DNA of 64,000 bases, from assembly GCF_001194135.2 (NCBI RefSeq), contig NC_068983.1:37867532-37931531 (forward strand), given 5' to 3'. The stretch comes from Octopus bimaculoides (lineage: Eukaryota). The notes below the pieces were generated by a model. The model ran no database searches and was not told the origin of the DNA. It saw only the letters and a program-made list of their open reading frames with translations. Numbering within the stretch: position 1 is the stretch's first letter; every line of letters begins with the position of its first letter. Positions 1-10,945 of this stretch are shown here, one piece after another. Made by a program: the position numbers and the translations under genes.

Positions 1-228
1 ACATAAAAGACACCATTTCGAGCGTGGCCGTTTTCGTGCGGGTGACACGTAAAAGCACCCACTACACTCTCTGAGTGGTTGGCGTTAGGAAGGGCATCCA
101 GCTGTAGAAACTCTGCCAAATCAGACTGGAGCCTGGTGTTGCCATCCGGTTTCACCAGTCCTCAGTCAAATCGTCCAACCCATGCTAGCATGGAAAGCGG
201 ACGTTAAACGATGATGATGATGATGATA
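1..228 (+). mobile_element. RTE-clade LINE 3' end (young subfamily), cut by the window edge; (GAT)n tail
   Basis: Reverse complement of the copies at 32434-32887 and 59246-59668. Ends ...GGAAAGCGGACGTTAAAC followed by (GAT)n. CpGs are intact. Confidence 0.7.
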
Positions 229-904
229 TCAACTTTTGATAATGTGAATATTGACGACTATCTAAGGAAATGCATACATAATACATAATCTGCCTTACAA
301 TGGTCATTGAAACACATGAAAAGATGGTTTCAATAATATACTGTATCACTATACAGTATATTATGTATAAATGTATAATATACTGTATCAATAACATTTC
401 TTAATATACCCCATCAGACTCTTATGAGATCTATAGCACTTCTATGAACTGTCTTCAATACGAACAAATTGAGTTCTATTAGGTAAATTATCTTTGAGCC
501 ATTCTATTATTTGTATGTTAAAAATATAAAGATTGCAGTATCTGTAGCAGTTTGTTCTTACATAATCAAATGCTTTTACTGTATCATTGTAAAAAAAAAT
601 GACTATAGTGTTATTATCCATTTCCAGTGTCTAGACAAGAGAGTAGTTGAGTAATTGTAGAGTGATTTGGTAGAAAGCCAAGTCATGTGGTTTAATTGAT
701 AAAAGTTGTTTTTTGAGTTTAAATGATTTAGAATATTTTGTCTTACAATGGTTTCAAAATGTTTACTAATAAAGTAATTGGTCTGTAATTACTTACATTA
801 CATGCTAAGTTCTTGTTTATGTAAAAAAATGTACCTCGGCAACTTTCCAAATTGATGGAAATGTTATGAAATACAAGGAAAAAGAAGAAATATAGGATAG
901 AAGT

Positions 905-1290
905 TCATCATCAGAATCATTGTCATCATCATCAATGTCATCAGCGTTGTGATGACAACGCTGATTTAAGGTCTTTGTTCCATGCTGGCATGGGTTGGAC
1001 AATTTGACAGCATCTGACAAGCCAGAGGATTGCTTTGAACTCCAGTGTTTGCTTTAGCATGGTTTTTATGGCTGGACGTGCTTTCTGATGCCGACCACTT
1101 TACAAAGTGTACTGGGTCCTTTCTTTTGTGGCACTGACACAGTGAGATCACTAAGTAATTCACAACTGAGTGGGGATGCAGTATTGAGGGAGGTGACTTT
1201 GTGTCAGGTGTTGAGAGGCTAAATTATGATGAAGGAAAAGTAACAGGTGTATTCATGTAGAAGGGATACATACACTACGCTAGCTGGGAA
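905..1290 (-). mobile_element. Decayed RTE-type 3' UTR variant
   Basis: Carries the CATGCTGGCATGGGTTGGAC and GATGCC-ACCACTTTACA motifs. Similar to 30190-30500 and 33290-33575. Confidence 0.5.
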
Positions 1291-1388
1291 AGGAAAAAGT
1301 ATTGTTGGAGATGAGGTGTAAGGGCATGTTTCCAATGTACAAGAAGGTGGATATAAAACAGAATAGAAATAAAGGAAGGAGGCTGCAT

Positions 1389-1561
1389 AGGCGCAGGAGT
1401 GGCTGTGTGGTAAGTAGCTTGCTTACCAACCACATGGTTCTGGGTTCAGTCCCACTGCGTGGCACCTTGGGCAAGTGTCTTCTACTATAGTCTCGGGCCG
1501 ACCAAAGCCTTGTGGGTGGATTTGGTAGACGGAAACTGAAAGAAGCCCATCGTATATATGC

Positions 1562-1595
<34 letters not shown>

Positions 1596-1800
1596 TTGTG
1601 TGTCTGTGTTTGTCCCCCTAGCATTGCTTGACAACCGATTCTGGTGTGTTTATGTCCCCGTCACTTAGCGGTTCGGCAAAAGAGACCGATAGAATAAGTA
1701 CTAGGCTTACAAAGAATAAGTCCCGGTGTCGATTTGCTCGACTAAAAGGCGGTGCTCCAGCATGGCCGCAGTTAAATGACTGAAACAAGTAAAAGAGTAA
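1389..1800 (+). mobile_element. tRNA-derived SINE family A, full length, with internal (TA)n(TG)n
   Basis: Pol III A-box-like TGGCTGTGTGGTAAG and B-box-like GGTTCAGTCCC, then CCTTGGGCAAGTG, a microsatellite, a conserved 3' body and an AAAAGAGT tail. Repeated many times in the window. Confidence 0.8.
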
Positions 1801-1943
1801 ATACTAATAAAGCTGAACCAAAATCTCGGGGAAAGAGGTTTTAAACCCTGTCTGAAGTTCAAATGAGGATAATTTAGTTCTTACAGAGTAAATTTTTTTC
1901 TTTAAATTTTTATCCACTTCATTATCTTGCTATCTCTCTTTAG

Positions 1944-2123
1944 GAGCCATGCGTATCAGTAATCCTGGACCTCCATGTCAAAGTGTGAACATTCATGATT
2001 TTTCCCAAGAAAGAATGAATTTCTTTCTTGAGAAAGATACAGCAGTAGTTTATAAGGCCCGGTGTTCAAGCATGATAGCAGCGGCCAGCAAAGCTTGTGT
2101 TCACTATATTCTATCCAATTCTA
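1944..2123 (+). CDS. Candidate internal coding exon (180 nt, phase 1-1) of an unidentified gene
   Basis: Long pyrimidine tract ending CTCTCTTTAG, an open frame AMRISNPGPPCQSVNIHDFSQERMNFFLEKDTAVVYKARCSSMIAAASKACVHYILSNS, and donor GTAAGC. No homologue recognised. Confidence 0.4.
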
Positions 2124-2204
2124 GTAAGCAGTGCAACTATTTACCTGTGCACGGTTACATAGGAATATAGACAGTATACTCATTCTAAAATAAAATAAAT
2201 AAAT

Positions 2205-2420
2205 AAATTCCTATGAGTCAAGAGAGAACCTCTACTTGGTCGATCGTCCTGCTAGAAATAGAAATGTTATATCCACTAAATCGTACCTTGTCATCTTAAA
2301 TAATGAAAGAATGCATTGGATTAATATCCTAAATACTCCCTAAAAGACGGGATGGTCGTAGCAGGAATGTCTGTCATTATAGGCCACTCAATCGAAGTTG
2401 TTTTGAGGTTAAACAACTGT
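2205..2420 (+). repeat. Dispersed repeat family E (CTGCTAGAAATAGC...AAAGACGGGATGGTC...GGCTAAACAAC)
   Basis: Related copies or fragments at 2835-2915, 6050-6260, 7583-7750 (-), 8070-8310 and 21700-21870. Confidence 0.55.
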
Positions 2421-2434
2421 TACACAATGCTAAT

Positions 2435-2625
2435 ATTCTTTTCTACTCTAGGCACAAGGCCCGAAATTTTGGGAGAGGGGGCCAGTCGATTAGATCGACC
2501 CAGTACGCAACTGGTATTTATTTTATCGACCCCGAAAGGATGAAAGGCAAAGTCAACCTCGGCGGAATTTGAACTCAGACGTAAAGACAGACTTTTCTGG
2601 CAGCTCGCTGCCTTAAAGCTAATAT
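2435..2625 (-). mobile_element. tRNA-derived SINE family B (tail type 2)
   Basis: Reverse complement of GAGCTGGCAGAA...GAGTTCAAATTCCGCCGAGG...CCCAAAATTTCGGGCCTTGTGCCTAGAGTAG. Confidence 0.75.
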
Positions 2626-3501
2626 TATCAATACCATTGAGGCAACGAACTGGTAAAATCGTTAACACGCCGGGCAAGCAGCATTTCACCTGTCTTTATG
2701 TTCTGAGTTCAAATTCTGCCGATGTCAACTTTGCCTTTCATCCTTTTGGGATGGACAAACTAAGTACCAGCTCTTCTCCCCAAATTCTTGGGCTTGTACC
2801 AAAATTTGAAACTATTATTATCTATACCATCCACATAACAGTCAAATCTCCCTCAAATGACACCCTGCCTGTCTATATATAAAAGAAAAGACACATTGGA
2901 TAGCTTTAGGATAACTAAAATAAATAAATAAATGAAATAAAAAATGAGAGACTATGTGATCACNNNNNNNNNNNNNNNNNNNNNNNNNNNNNNNNNNNNN
3001 NNNNNNNNNNNNNNNNNNNNNNNNNNNNNNNNNNNNNNNNNNNNNNNNNNNNNNNNNNNNNNNNNNNNNNNNNNNNNNNNNNNNNNNNNNNNNNNNNNNN
3101 NNNNNNNNNNNNNNNNNNNNNNNNNNNNNNNNNNNNNNNNNNNNNNNNNNNNNNNNNNNNNNNNNNNNNNNNNNNNNNNNNNNNNNNNNNNNNNNNNNNN
3201 NNNNNNNNNNNNNNNNNNNNNNNNNNNNNNNNNNNNNNNNNNNNNNNNNNNNNNNNNNNNNNNNNNNNNNNNNNNNNNNNNNNNNNNNNNNNNNNNNNNN
3301 NNNNNNNNNNNNNNNNNNNNNNNNNNNNNNNNNNNNNNNNNNNNNNNNNNNNNNNNNNNNNNNNNNNNNNNNNNNNNNNNNNNNNNNNNNNNNNNNNNNN
3401 NNNNNNNNNNNNNNNNNNNNNNNNNNNNNNNNNNNNNNNNNNNNNNNNNNNNNNNNNNNNNNNNNNNNNNNNNNNNNNNNNNNNNNNNNNNNNNNNNNNN
3501 N

Positions 3502-3818
3502 TAGAAAGGTTTATTAGCTACTGCCAATATGCTTCAGCCATTTTTTGATAAGGAAATAATAATTTTATCACCGCCAGAATCGTTTGAAAATCGTTTGTTT
3601 ACGTAGTCAGCACTTAATGTATTCGGCTGAATGGACGTCAGTCATTGGTTGAAATTACAGAAATACGACAACTTTAATATGAAATAAATTGCAATATAAT
3701 AATTTTTCTTAAGAAAACTAAGAGAAAAAGATGTTTTATATGACACATTCTACCAGTGTCCCAAGTTTCAAAGTGTTTCGTTAAGAAAATACTGGTGCCC
3801 CCGTTTTGAACTAGATCC
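3502..3818. mobile_element. GGATC-terminated MITE, one end lost in an N-gap
   Basis: Reverse complement of 43396-43720. Ends GTGCCCCCGTTTTGAACTAGATCC. Confidence 0.75.
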
Positions 3819-4478
3819 AACAAACGAAAAACTATTGTACTTATTTTACTGGTTAACATTCCCGTTACTCTTGACAGTTTTGGTTTGCGTCCCCTATCTA
3901 TGTGTACGGGTCCTTTTATTTTGTTTTTATTATTTCACTCCTTCACCGACATCCATATATACACCTCTGCTCTGATAAATCTGTCAAACGGGAGATGTTT
4001 ATCACACTCACACACATACATATGTATAAAATACACACACTATACCTTTGAATTATTTTCTTCTGTTGGCACAGCCCATGTTTCTCACGTACAAGCTGTA
4101 TCTATCATGTTTCATTTGGGATGTAGGATAACAAACGCTACTACTTAATAACAGTTTCTACGTTAGGTACAAGGTCACCAAATTTTGAGGGAAGTGGCTA
4201 ATTCGATACCATCGGCCCTTGTACTTTACTGGTACTTAATTTTATCGAATCCGACGAGATAAATACTATTAATAATAGTTTCAAATCTTGACACGCGACA
4301 AACAATTTTAGAGGAACGGATAAGTCGAATACATCGACCCCAGTGCTCGACTGGTAAAGCAAAGTCGACTTCGGCGGAATTTGAACTCGGGTGCCTAAGT
4401 TTCTCACGTACAGTGTAGTTGTCATATTTCATTTGGGGTGTAGGATAATAGGCATACGTACATATGTATGCCCTTCCC

Positions 4479-5060
4479 TGACTTTGTTTCCTCAAAACTT
4501 TCAGAAAATGGATATTTTTATAATGAAATTTTCTCTGAATACACTTCAGATGGTGTAAATTTCGATTATATCGGAATTTGTTTTGAAAGATTTTTTCCGA
4601 GGGTGGGGCGAGGAGTTTCGGAAAATTCAAGTCCGGTTTGTTTCCACATAGCATTCAGAAAAATGGTTATTTTTTTAATGAAATTTTCTACAAATGCTTT
4701 TCAGAGGGTGTAGATTACGATTATATTGGAATTTAATTTGAAAAATAGAACTATTGGCCACGTACCCCTACATACTGAACGTACATCACAATTTTATTTA
4801 GAAATTGGAAGTTTCATTTTGTAGATTCTGTAATGTGTGTCTATGTGTGCGAGCTTACAATTTTTTTTTTTTTTTACCTATTCAATTCCGATATAATCGT
4901 GATCTATAACCGTCTGAAAGTTACTTGTAGAAAATATATATTAAAAAACTATTTTTCTGAATATTATGAGAAAACAAAACAGATTCGTGTGAATTTTCCG
5001 AAACTCCTCTCCTCACGCTCAGAAAAAGATTTTTTCACAACAAATTCCGAGGGAAGAAAG
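4479..5060. mobile_element. Foldback-like DNA element with modular inverted arms
   Basis: Direct subrepeats at 4515-4580 and 4680-4735 are mirrored in reverse complement at 4880-4935. 4590-4630 is mirrored at 4990-5018. Confidence 0.4.
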
Positions 5061-5675
5061 CCATGGTGGGGGCACACTTGTGTGGGTAAGCCAAATAGTA
5101 AATGCTATCATTTAATAGCTGTTTTAATGCTCTGAAAAATTTTTTTAGCTGTATATATGCTACTGAAATTGGGGTACGTTTAACATACCCGTGCGTCTTT
5201 TATGTCATCAAATACGGTATAAACTGAAATTATATTTAGATTTTATTATTCGTGCACACATAACAAAATGAAACAAAGGACATTACAGTTTAGATTTTAA
5301 ATAAAATAATGTTTTATTACACCTGTTAACAAATCCGACATAACCATTATACTGGCGCACCTCAACTTACGTCTTTTCCGTCGATTTTTTTTTTGAAGTT
5401 AATGGGGGGGGNNNNNNNNNNNNNNNNNNNNNNNNNNNNNNNNNNNNNNNNNNNNNNNNNNNNNNNNNNNNNNNNNNNNNNNNNNNNNNNNNNNNNNNNN
5501 NNNNNNNNNNNNNNNNNNNNNNNNNNNNNNNNNNNNNNNNNNNNNNNNNNNNNNNNNNNNNNNNNNNNNNNNNNNNNNNNNNNNNNNNNNNNNNNNNNNN
5601 NNNNNNNNNNNNNNNNNNNNNNNNNNNNNNNNNNNNNNNNNNNNNNNNNNNNNNNNNNNNNNNNNNNNNNNNNNN

Positions 5676-5843
5676 TCTCTCTATCTATCTATCTATTACT
5701 CGAAAGTTGAAAATTATATTTTTATATTTTAAATAATTTGCAATTTCAGGAAATATGTTTTTATATTAAATTTGTGTTTTCTACTCACGACTAGCTAGCG
5801 CGGACGCGCGAACTTTCGAGTAATAGATAGATAGAGAGAGAGA
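5676..5843. mobile_element. Small MITE-like element whose inverted arms run into (CTAT)/(ATAG) microsatellite
   Basis: CTATCTATCTATTACTCGAAAGTT (to 5708) and AACTTTCGAGTAATAGATAGATAG (from 5811) are reverse complements. Confidence 0.55.
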
Positions 5844-6526
5844 GAGACAGACAGACATATAGCTCGCTCCGGCCAGTCATGGTATTAGCTGTCAGTAGCC
5901 AAAGAATCGACAGGCATGCAGGCAGACAGACAGATACTTCACTAGCAGGCAGTGAGCACTTTCACTTCTGACAGCTAATAAATAGCATGATAGTGCCAAG
6001 ATAAATATAAGCTAATAAATATTTTAAAATGTTTTCGTATTATATGGGGTACCTAAATCACACGTCCATTCTACGTAATATCCTAGATTATCCCTAAAAA
6101 GACGGTTAGCTGAAGGCTAGAATGTCTTTGATGATAGGTTTGTAGTATCAGGGTAGATTTGAGGCTAAATAACAACAAAATTATTACTGAGACAGACCAC
6201 TGACGGAGTCTGTATGTGGTTGCATGATCTGCTAGAAAAAGTAGCCAAACCTTTTTATGTACAGAGTAGAAAAACCTCTGACACGTTCAACCAGTATCCG
6301 AAGTTTCAAACTGATAAAAAAAAAAATTAATAAAAAAATCTGTAAGATCCGTGAAACTACTTTCGTAGTCAAGGGAATCCCAATATTTGGAATATGGATA
6401 CTTGCTATCTTTTATTCTTTCAACTTTAGCTGCTTCATCATTCAGGGAAGAATATTGTTTTAACCACAGGATAGCTTTGATTGTAATGGATTNNNNNNNN
6501 NNTCTTCGTCACCTGTTGTTTAGTCC

Positions 6527-7582
6527 TGTAATACTTCGACCGTGCGAACCAAAGGAGATGGCGACGTAGACGGGAAAAGGCTCCTTTTTACCATGTCGCA
6601 CGGTTGAACACAAAATAAAGATATATATGATTAGAAGATTCATCGTGAGAGATACGAGCCATGGTGCCAGTAAAAGAACTTAGGACTAACTCAACCGTTA
6701 GATATATAATGAGAATAAATTTATTAACAAAGTGAAACTGTTTGTGTCTGTGTGCGCGTGCATGCGACATATAAAATTAACACAGTAGATAAGTCAGGCC
6801 TTTATGTACAAGAGAATGTATACAACAATGTGAAGTGACGGACAGTCGTATAAACAATAGTGTGTGTACAATATGTGAGAGTACAAGTGTGCGTATGAAT
6901 GAGAGGAAACACAGAATAATAGAAAGAGTGTCTGAAACATAGACAGTAAAAAGTCTCAAACACTGAGATAGAGAAAAACCAGTTCGTATTAAAATTACAC
7001 AAGGAGATAGAATGTTCATACGCAGGAAGTTGTGGCCAAGGAGCAGAGCTGTAGTATCACACTATGTGTGTTGAGCGTCGAATGCTGCGACCTGTGTTAC
7101 CTGGTATAGTATATTCTGGCTGGTTAGTTCTGACTATTATTCGTGAGTGAAAACATCCACTCAAACAAGGTCGAGATAAAACCGCGCTTGTTGATGTTGG
7201 TGTTGCTGGCGACGACAATGGCAGACAGTACATTGGTGGTGAAGACGTCGGCGCTGGAACTGGCTGTAGCTGTGTTCTGTATATGTGTGGTCAACGACCA
7301 GACATGTGAAAGTTCTAGAATCGAAGACCATTGCCGTCGTTGGATCGGGCTTATTTATAGGCGAAAAAGGGCTCACCGGAAATCCAGTAAAACTCTATCA
7401 CGTGACTTTATCTGAAGCCACGATTGGACGTAATGCCCCCTTAGCAAGCAGAACATGGGGACAATTGCCGCGCAAATAAGAACCAATCAGGATGATGGAC
7501 AGAAGGGTCCAAGGCAACCGAAGGCTAGATGTTAGCAGCTTATCATTTATGATTGAATGCCCGAGAGAAAGGTTTCACTACA
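6527..7582 (-). mobile_element. Solo LTR (1056 bp) with 4-bp TSD, probably Ty3/Gypsy type
   Basis: TGTA...TACA termini and TSD GTCC at 6523-6526 and 7583-7586. The minus strand has CCAAT boxes, CACGTG, TATAAATA (7352-7359) and AATAAA (6720-6725). The flanks rejoin into a family E repeat. Confidence 0.8.
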
Positions 7583-10500
7583 GTCCCGAGTTGGATCTGA
7601 TTGAACAGATATGATCAAAGACGTCCCAACTGTGACCATTCCGTCTTTCCACAGGATAGAGATTTTTCTATTCTATATATAAAAAAGTTTGGCTACTTTT
7701 CCTAGCAGGTCATGCAACCACATACAAGCTCCGTCGTTGGTCTGTCTCAAAAACTTTAAGAGTAAACCCTGTTCTATGTGACACATTTTACCAGTATCCG
7801 AAGTTTCAGAGTGTTTAGTTAAAAAAAAAAATAATGAAATATCTGTCCGTCAAATGGAACAGATCCTTATAATATAGCTGCCGACTACAGTACCTATGTT
7901 TATAAGCTGTGAACTATGCTAAATGGCCCTGCTTCCTCGTACCCTTCTGGGTACGAGGTCATCCCCAGAAATGGTTTGTATGCTGGTCCGTTGAGTTTGG
8001 AGATGACAGATGAGATGCATCCGAGTCTGGTATTCTTTTCCATATGTTGAGCACGCATGAGAAGGTGCGGTGCTTGCGGGTACTTACTGGTTAACTCTAA
8101 AGCTTTGCCGAGCGAAATTTCTTTCAAGTCACACTCTACTATATCAAAGAAAAAAAAAAAAAAAANNNNNNNNNNCCCCCCCAAAAAAAAAACAACACAG
8201 GATAATGTCTTAGATAATATATAAAAAATAGATGGGATATTTATGGTTGGAAAGTCTTTAACAATAGGTTTGGGTTAACTTGCAGATTACGGCCGTAAAA
8301 AAAGTGAAAGTTAATTATCCTAAAAATAATGAAAATTATGATAAAAACTGGAAGTGGCGACATTTATATCCTATAATTTCATGTAAACAATGTCTGTAAC
8401 AGCCAATGTATAGAACATGCATGTATTTAATAGAACATGAAAACCGTACATACACATATATATATCCATTCTACTATAAGCACATGGCCTGAAATTTTGG
8501 GGAAGGTGGATAGCCGATTACATCGACCCCATTGCTCAACTAGTACTTAATTCATCAACTCCGAAAGCATGAAAAGGCTAAGTTGATTTCTGAAGATTTT
8601 GAATGAAGAACGTATACGACTGTATATTGCATGCCAACCTAGGTTTATTCGATCAAGGCGGACCTTGACTAAAGCAACGAAAAAGAGAGAAACTAACGCT
8701 TTTTTTGCTACTTATAATCCAAAACAATGGAAACTTCGATGGCAAATGGTGAAGTACCGGTGTTTGATTTATAATTCTAAGATAACTATTCATATTCCCC
8801 AGGATTGATGATATAAACGTTTGCAATTTATTGATTGACTGGAGGATATAGAAAATAGAAATAATGCTGAAATTAGTGTATCGGTTCTGGAGTTTGACTC
8901 TATTCAAAGTTGATGCTGCTTTTCTCAGGCATGATTAAATAAATCCCAGTAAATTCTCAAGTCCGGTTCAAGCGATTGTTTTACGTCATTTTAAAATAAA
9001 GAAAACAAAAACGGCGATGGTGATGATAATATTAATAATAGTATTGGTGATGGTGGTGATGACGCTGTTGTTGTTGATGCGGGTGGTGATGATGATGAAG
9101 GTGATGGTATAGAAATTAAGATAAAAGCAAGAGAACCGTGGATTTGACGGCTTCAAGCTGAAGATGATGAGTGATGAAAATGCGATCAATCATAAAACTG
9201 AAAACGTTTTAATTTCCTGTGACGTGAATGTTAAGATTTTGTTTTATACTTTAATTTTTCAGTCCTATACGCGCTGCGATATCAAAACTACGTGTTTGAT
9301 GTCATAGCAGTATTATTTATTATACAATGAAAAAAAGAACAGACAGGGAAGAGTGAATGAGTGTGTTTGAAAGCGGCACGTGACGATGGGAAAGAAAGAA
9401 TCGGATACGTTGGAGGAAAGAAAGACGGTAAGGGATGCACGTGTTGGAGGAGGTGGAAAAGAGTGAAGTGAGTATGGAAAGGAGAGGGAGAGAGTAAAGG
9501 TGTTTGTGTATGAAACAGTGTGAATGAAGTGTGTTTGAAACGTATGTGTGAAAGAAAGAGTTAGGCCGGGTCTACGAGAGAAAAAAGATAAGGTACGCAA
9601 AAGCTTGAGCTGTGTAAGCAGTTGGTGGGGGGAATGTTGAGGGGGGGGTCTGTTGGAAAAACGGAGAGAGACGGAGAAAGAAAGTGTGTGCGTGTGAGAA
9701 AGGGGTAAAAATAAAAAGTGAGACACGTTTTTAAGGCATGTAGATCTATAAAAATAAGTAGTTCAATTGCGCAGTATGCAAATAAACTGGGGCGAGAGAG
9801 AGGTGGGGTGTGGGAACTAAAATATCAAGACTGTTAGCATAAGAGCGGTAAAGGTAAATTTTCCATTGACCATGGTATTAATACAGGTGTTATAGTTGTT
9901 AATGAAAGACGATATTTCTAGTGTGTATTTTTGTATGTAGGTTTGTATGAGAGTTTATGTGTGTTTATATGTGAGTATTCATATATATATATAGTGTGTG
10001 CGTATGAGTGAGAAAGAGAATTCATATGTGTATGTATGCATATGCTATAAGCACATATATGAATGTGTATACGAGGGATCCATCCGTGTGTACGCGTGTA
10101 CGAAAAGCAAGAAGATACGCATGCGTAAGCACATACAAACACACGCTCACGTTTTGAGAAACTAAATAAATAAAATAAAAACTTTTGATCTCGCTTTGTG
10201 TCTGTTGAACAAGTAACGGTTCAATTGTGGCCTACAGACCCAACACTAATCTGTTTTAACAAACTCGGTTCCTTTCTCACTGCCTGAAGTCGCCTTTTAT
10301 ACAGAATGTCGGTCCCATTATCTCTGCATGTTTTGGGGGCGGAACGCAGGTTGTATTATACATCACACACATACACACACACACAAGATCAAAGACTAGT
10401 GAAGAACCTTGCTGTACTCAGTTGGAGAACCGAAGCTCTACGATTGAGTACAGCCATCTTCTTCACTAACCCTTTGATCTTATATGTACGATATATACTA

Positions 10501-10765
10501 ATTTTCAAAAAAGGAACGACAGGTTTATAAGTTAACCAACATATATCAACGGTAGCCTCCTGTCCTCTTTGAAAACTATCTGTCTGGCTCTCTGCTGCTC
10601 GTCTTGTCTTCTCGACTTGGTTTTGTCAACAGTCCGTCACTCTTCTTCTTTCAACTGTAACTATTTCACTGTTGTTCATGCTTCTAATGTAATATCCGCT
10701 CATTTTTTTTTTTTTATAAAAAAAAAAAAAGAAGCATGAAAATTACACAATATCACATGTCCACT

Positions 10766-10819
10766 AGGGCGGCGATCTGGCAGAGTCGTTAGCACGCCGG
10801 TCGAAATGCTTCGCGGTAT
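10766..10819 (+). mobile_element. SINE-B 5' part, interrupted by the ORF1 element and resuming at 12622
   Basis: The head GGCGGCGATCTGGCAGAGTCGTTAGCACGCCGG...GCGGTAT stops abruptly. GTTCTGAGTTCAAA resumes after the gap at 12622. Confidence 0.6.
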
Positions 10820-10945
10820 AATGGCTCTGTGAATTATTGTGAATACGGTTGTGTTACTTTGTGAATACTGTCTCGGTAAATAATTGTGATTTTTGTGGAA
10901 TTATTACGGTTGCATTTCACGTGAGCTGCTGCATTTTCCCCAGCT

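Noticed and set aside
2944-3527. Long ORFs spanning N-runs (also at 5393, 10978, 12375, 15843 and 39694)
   Set aside because: Artefacts of assembly gaps translated as X.
7925-7960. Perfect hairpin CCTCGTACCC-TTCT-GGGTACGAGG as an HDV-like ribozyme or Helitron end
   Set aside because: I could not build the nested pseudoknot, and no CTRR follows at the expected distance on either strand.
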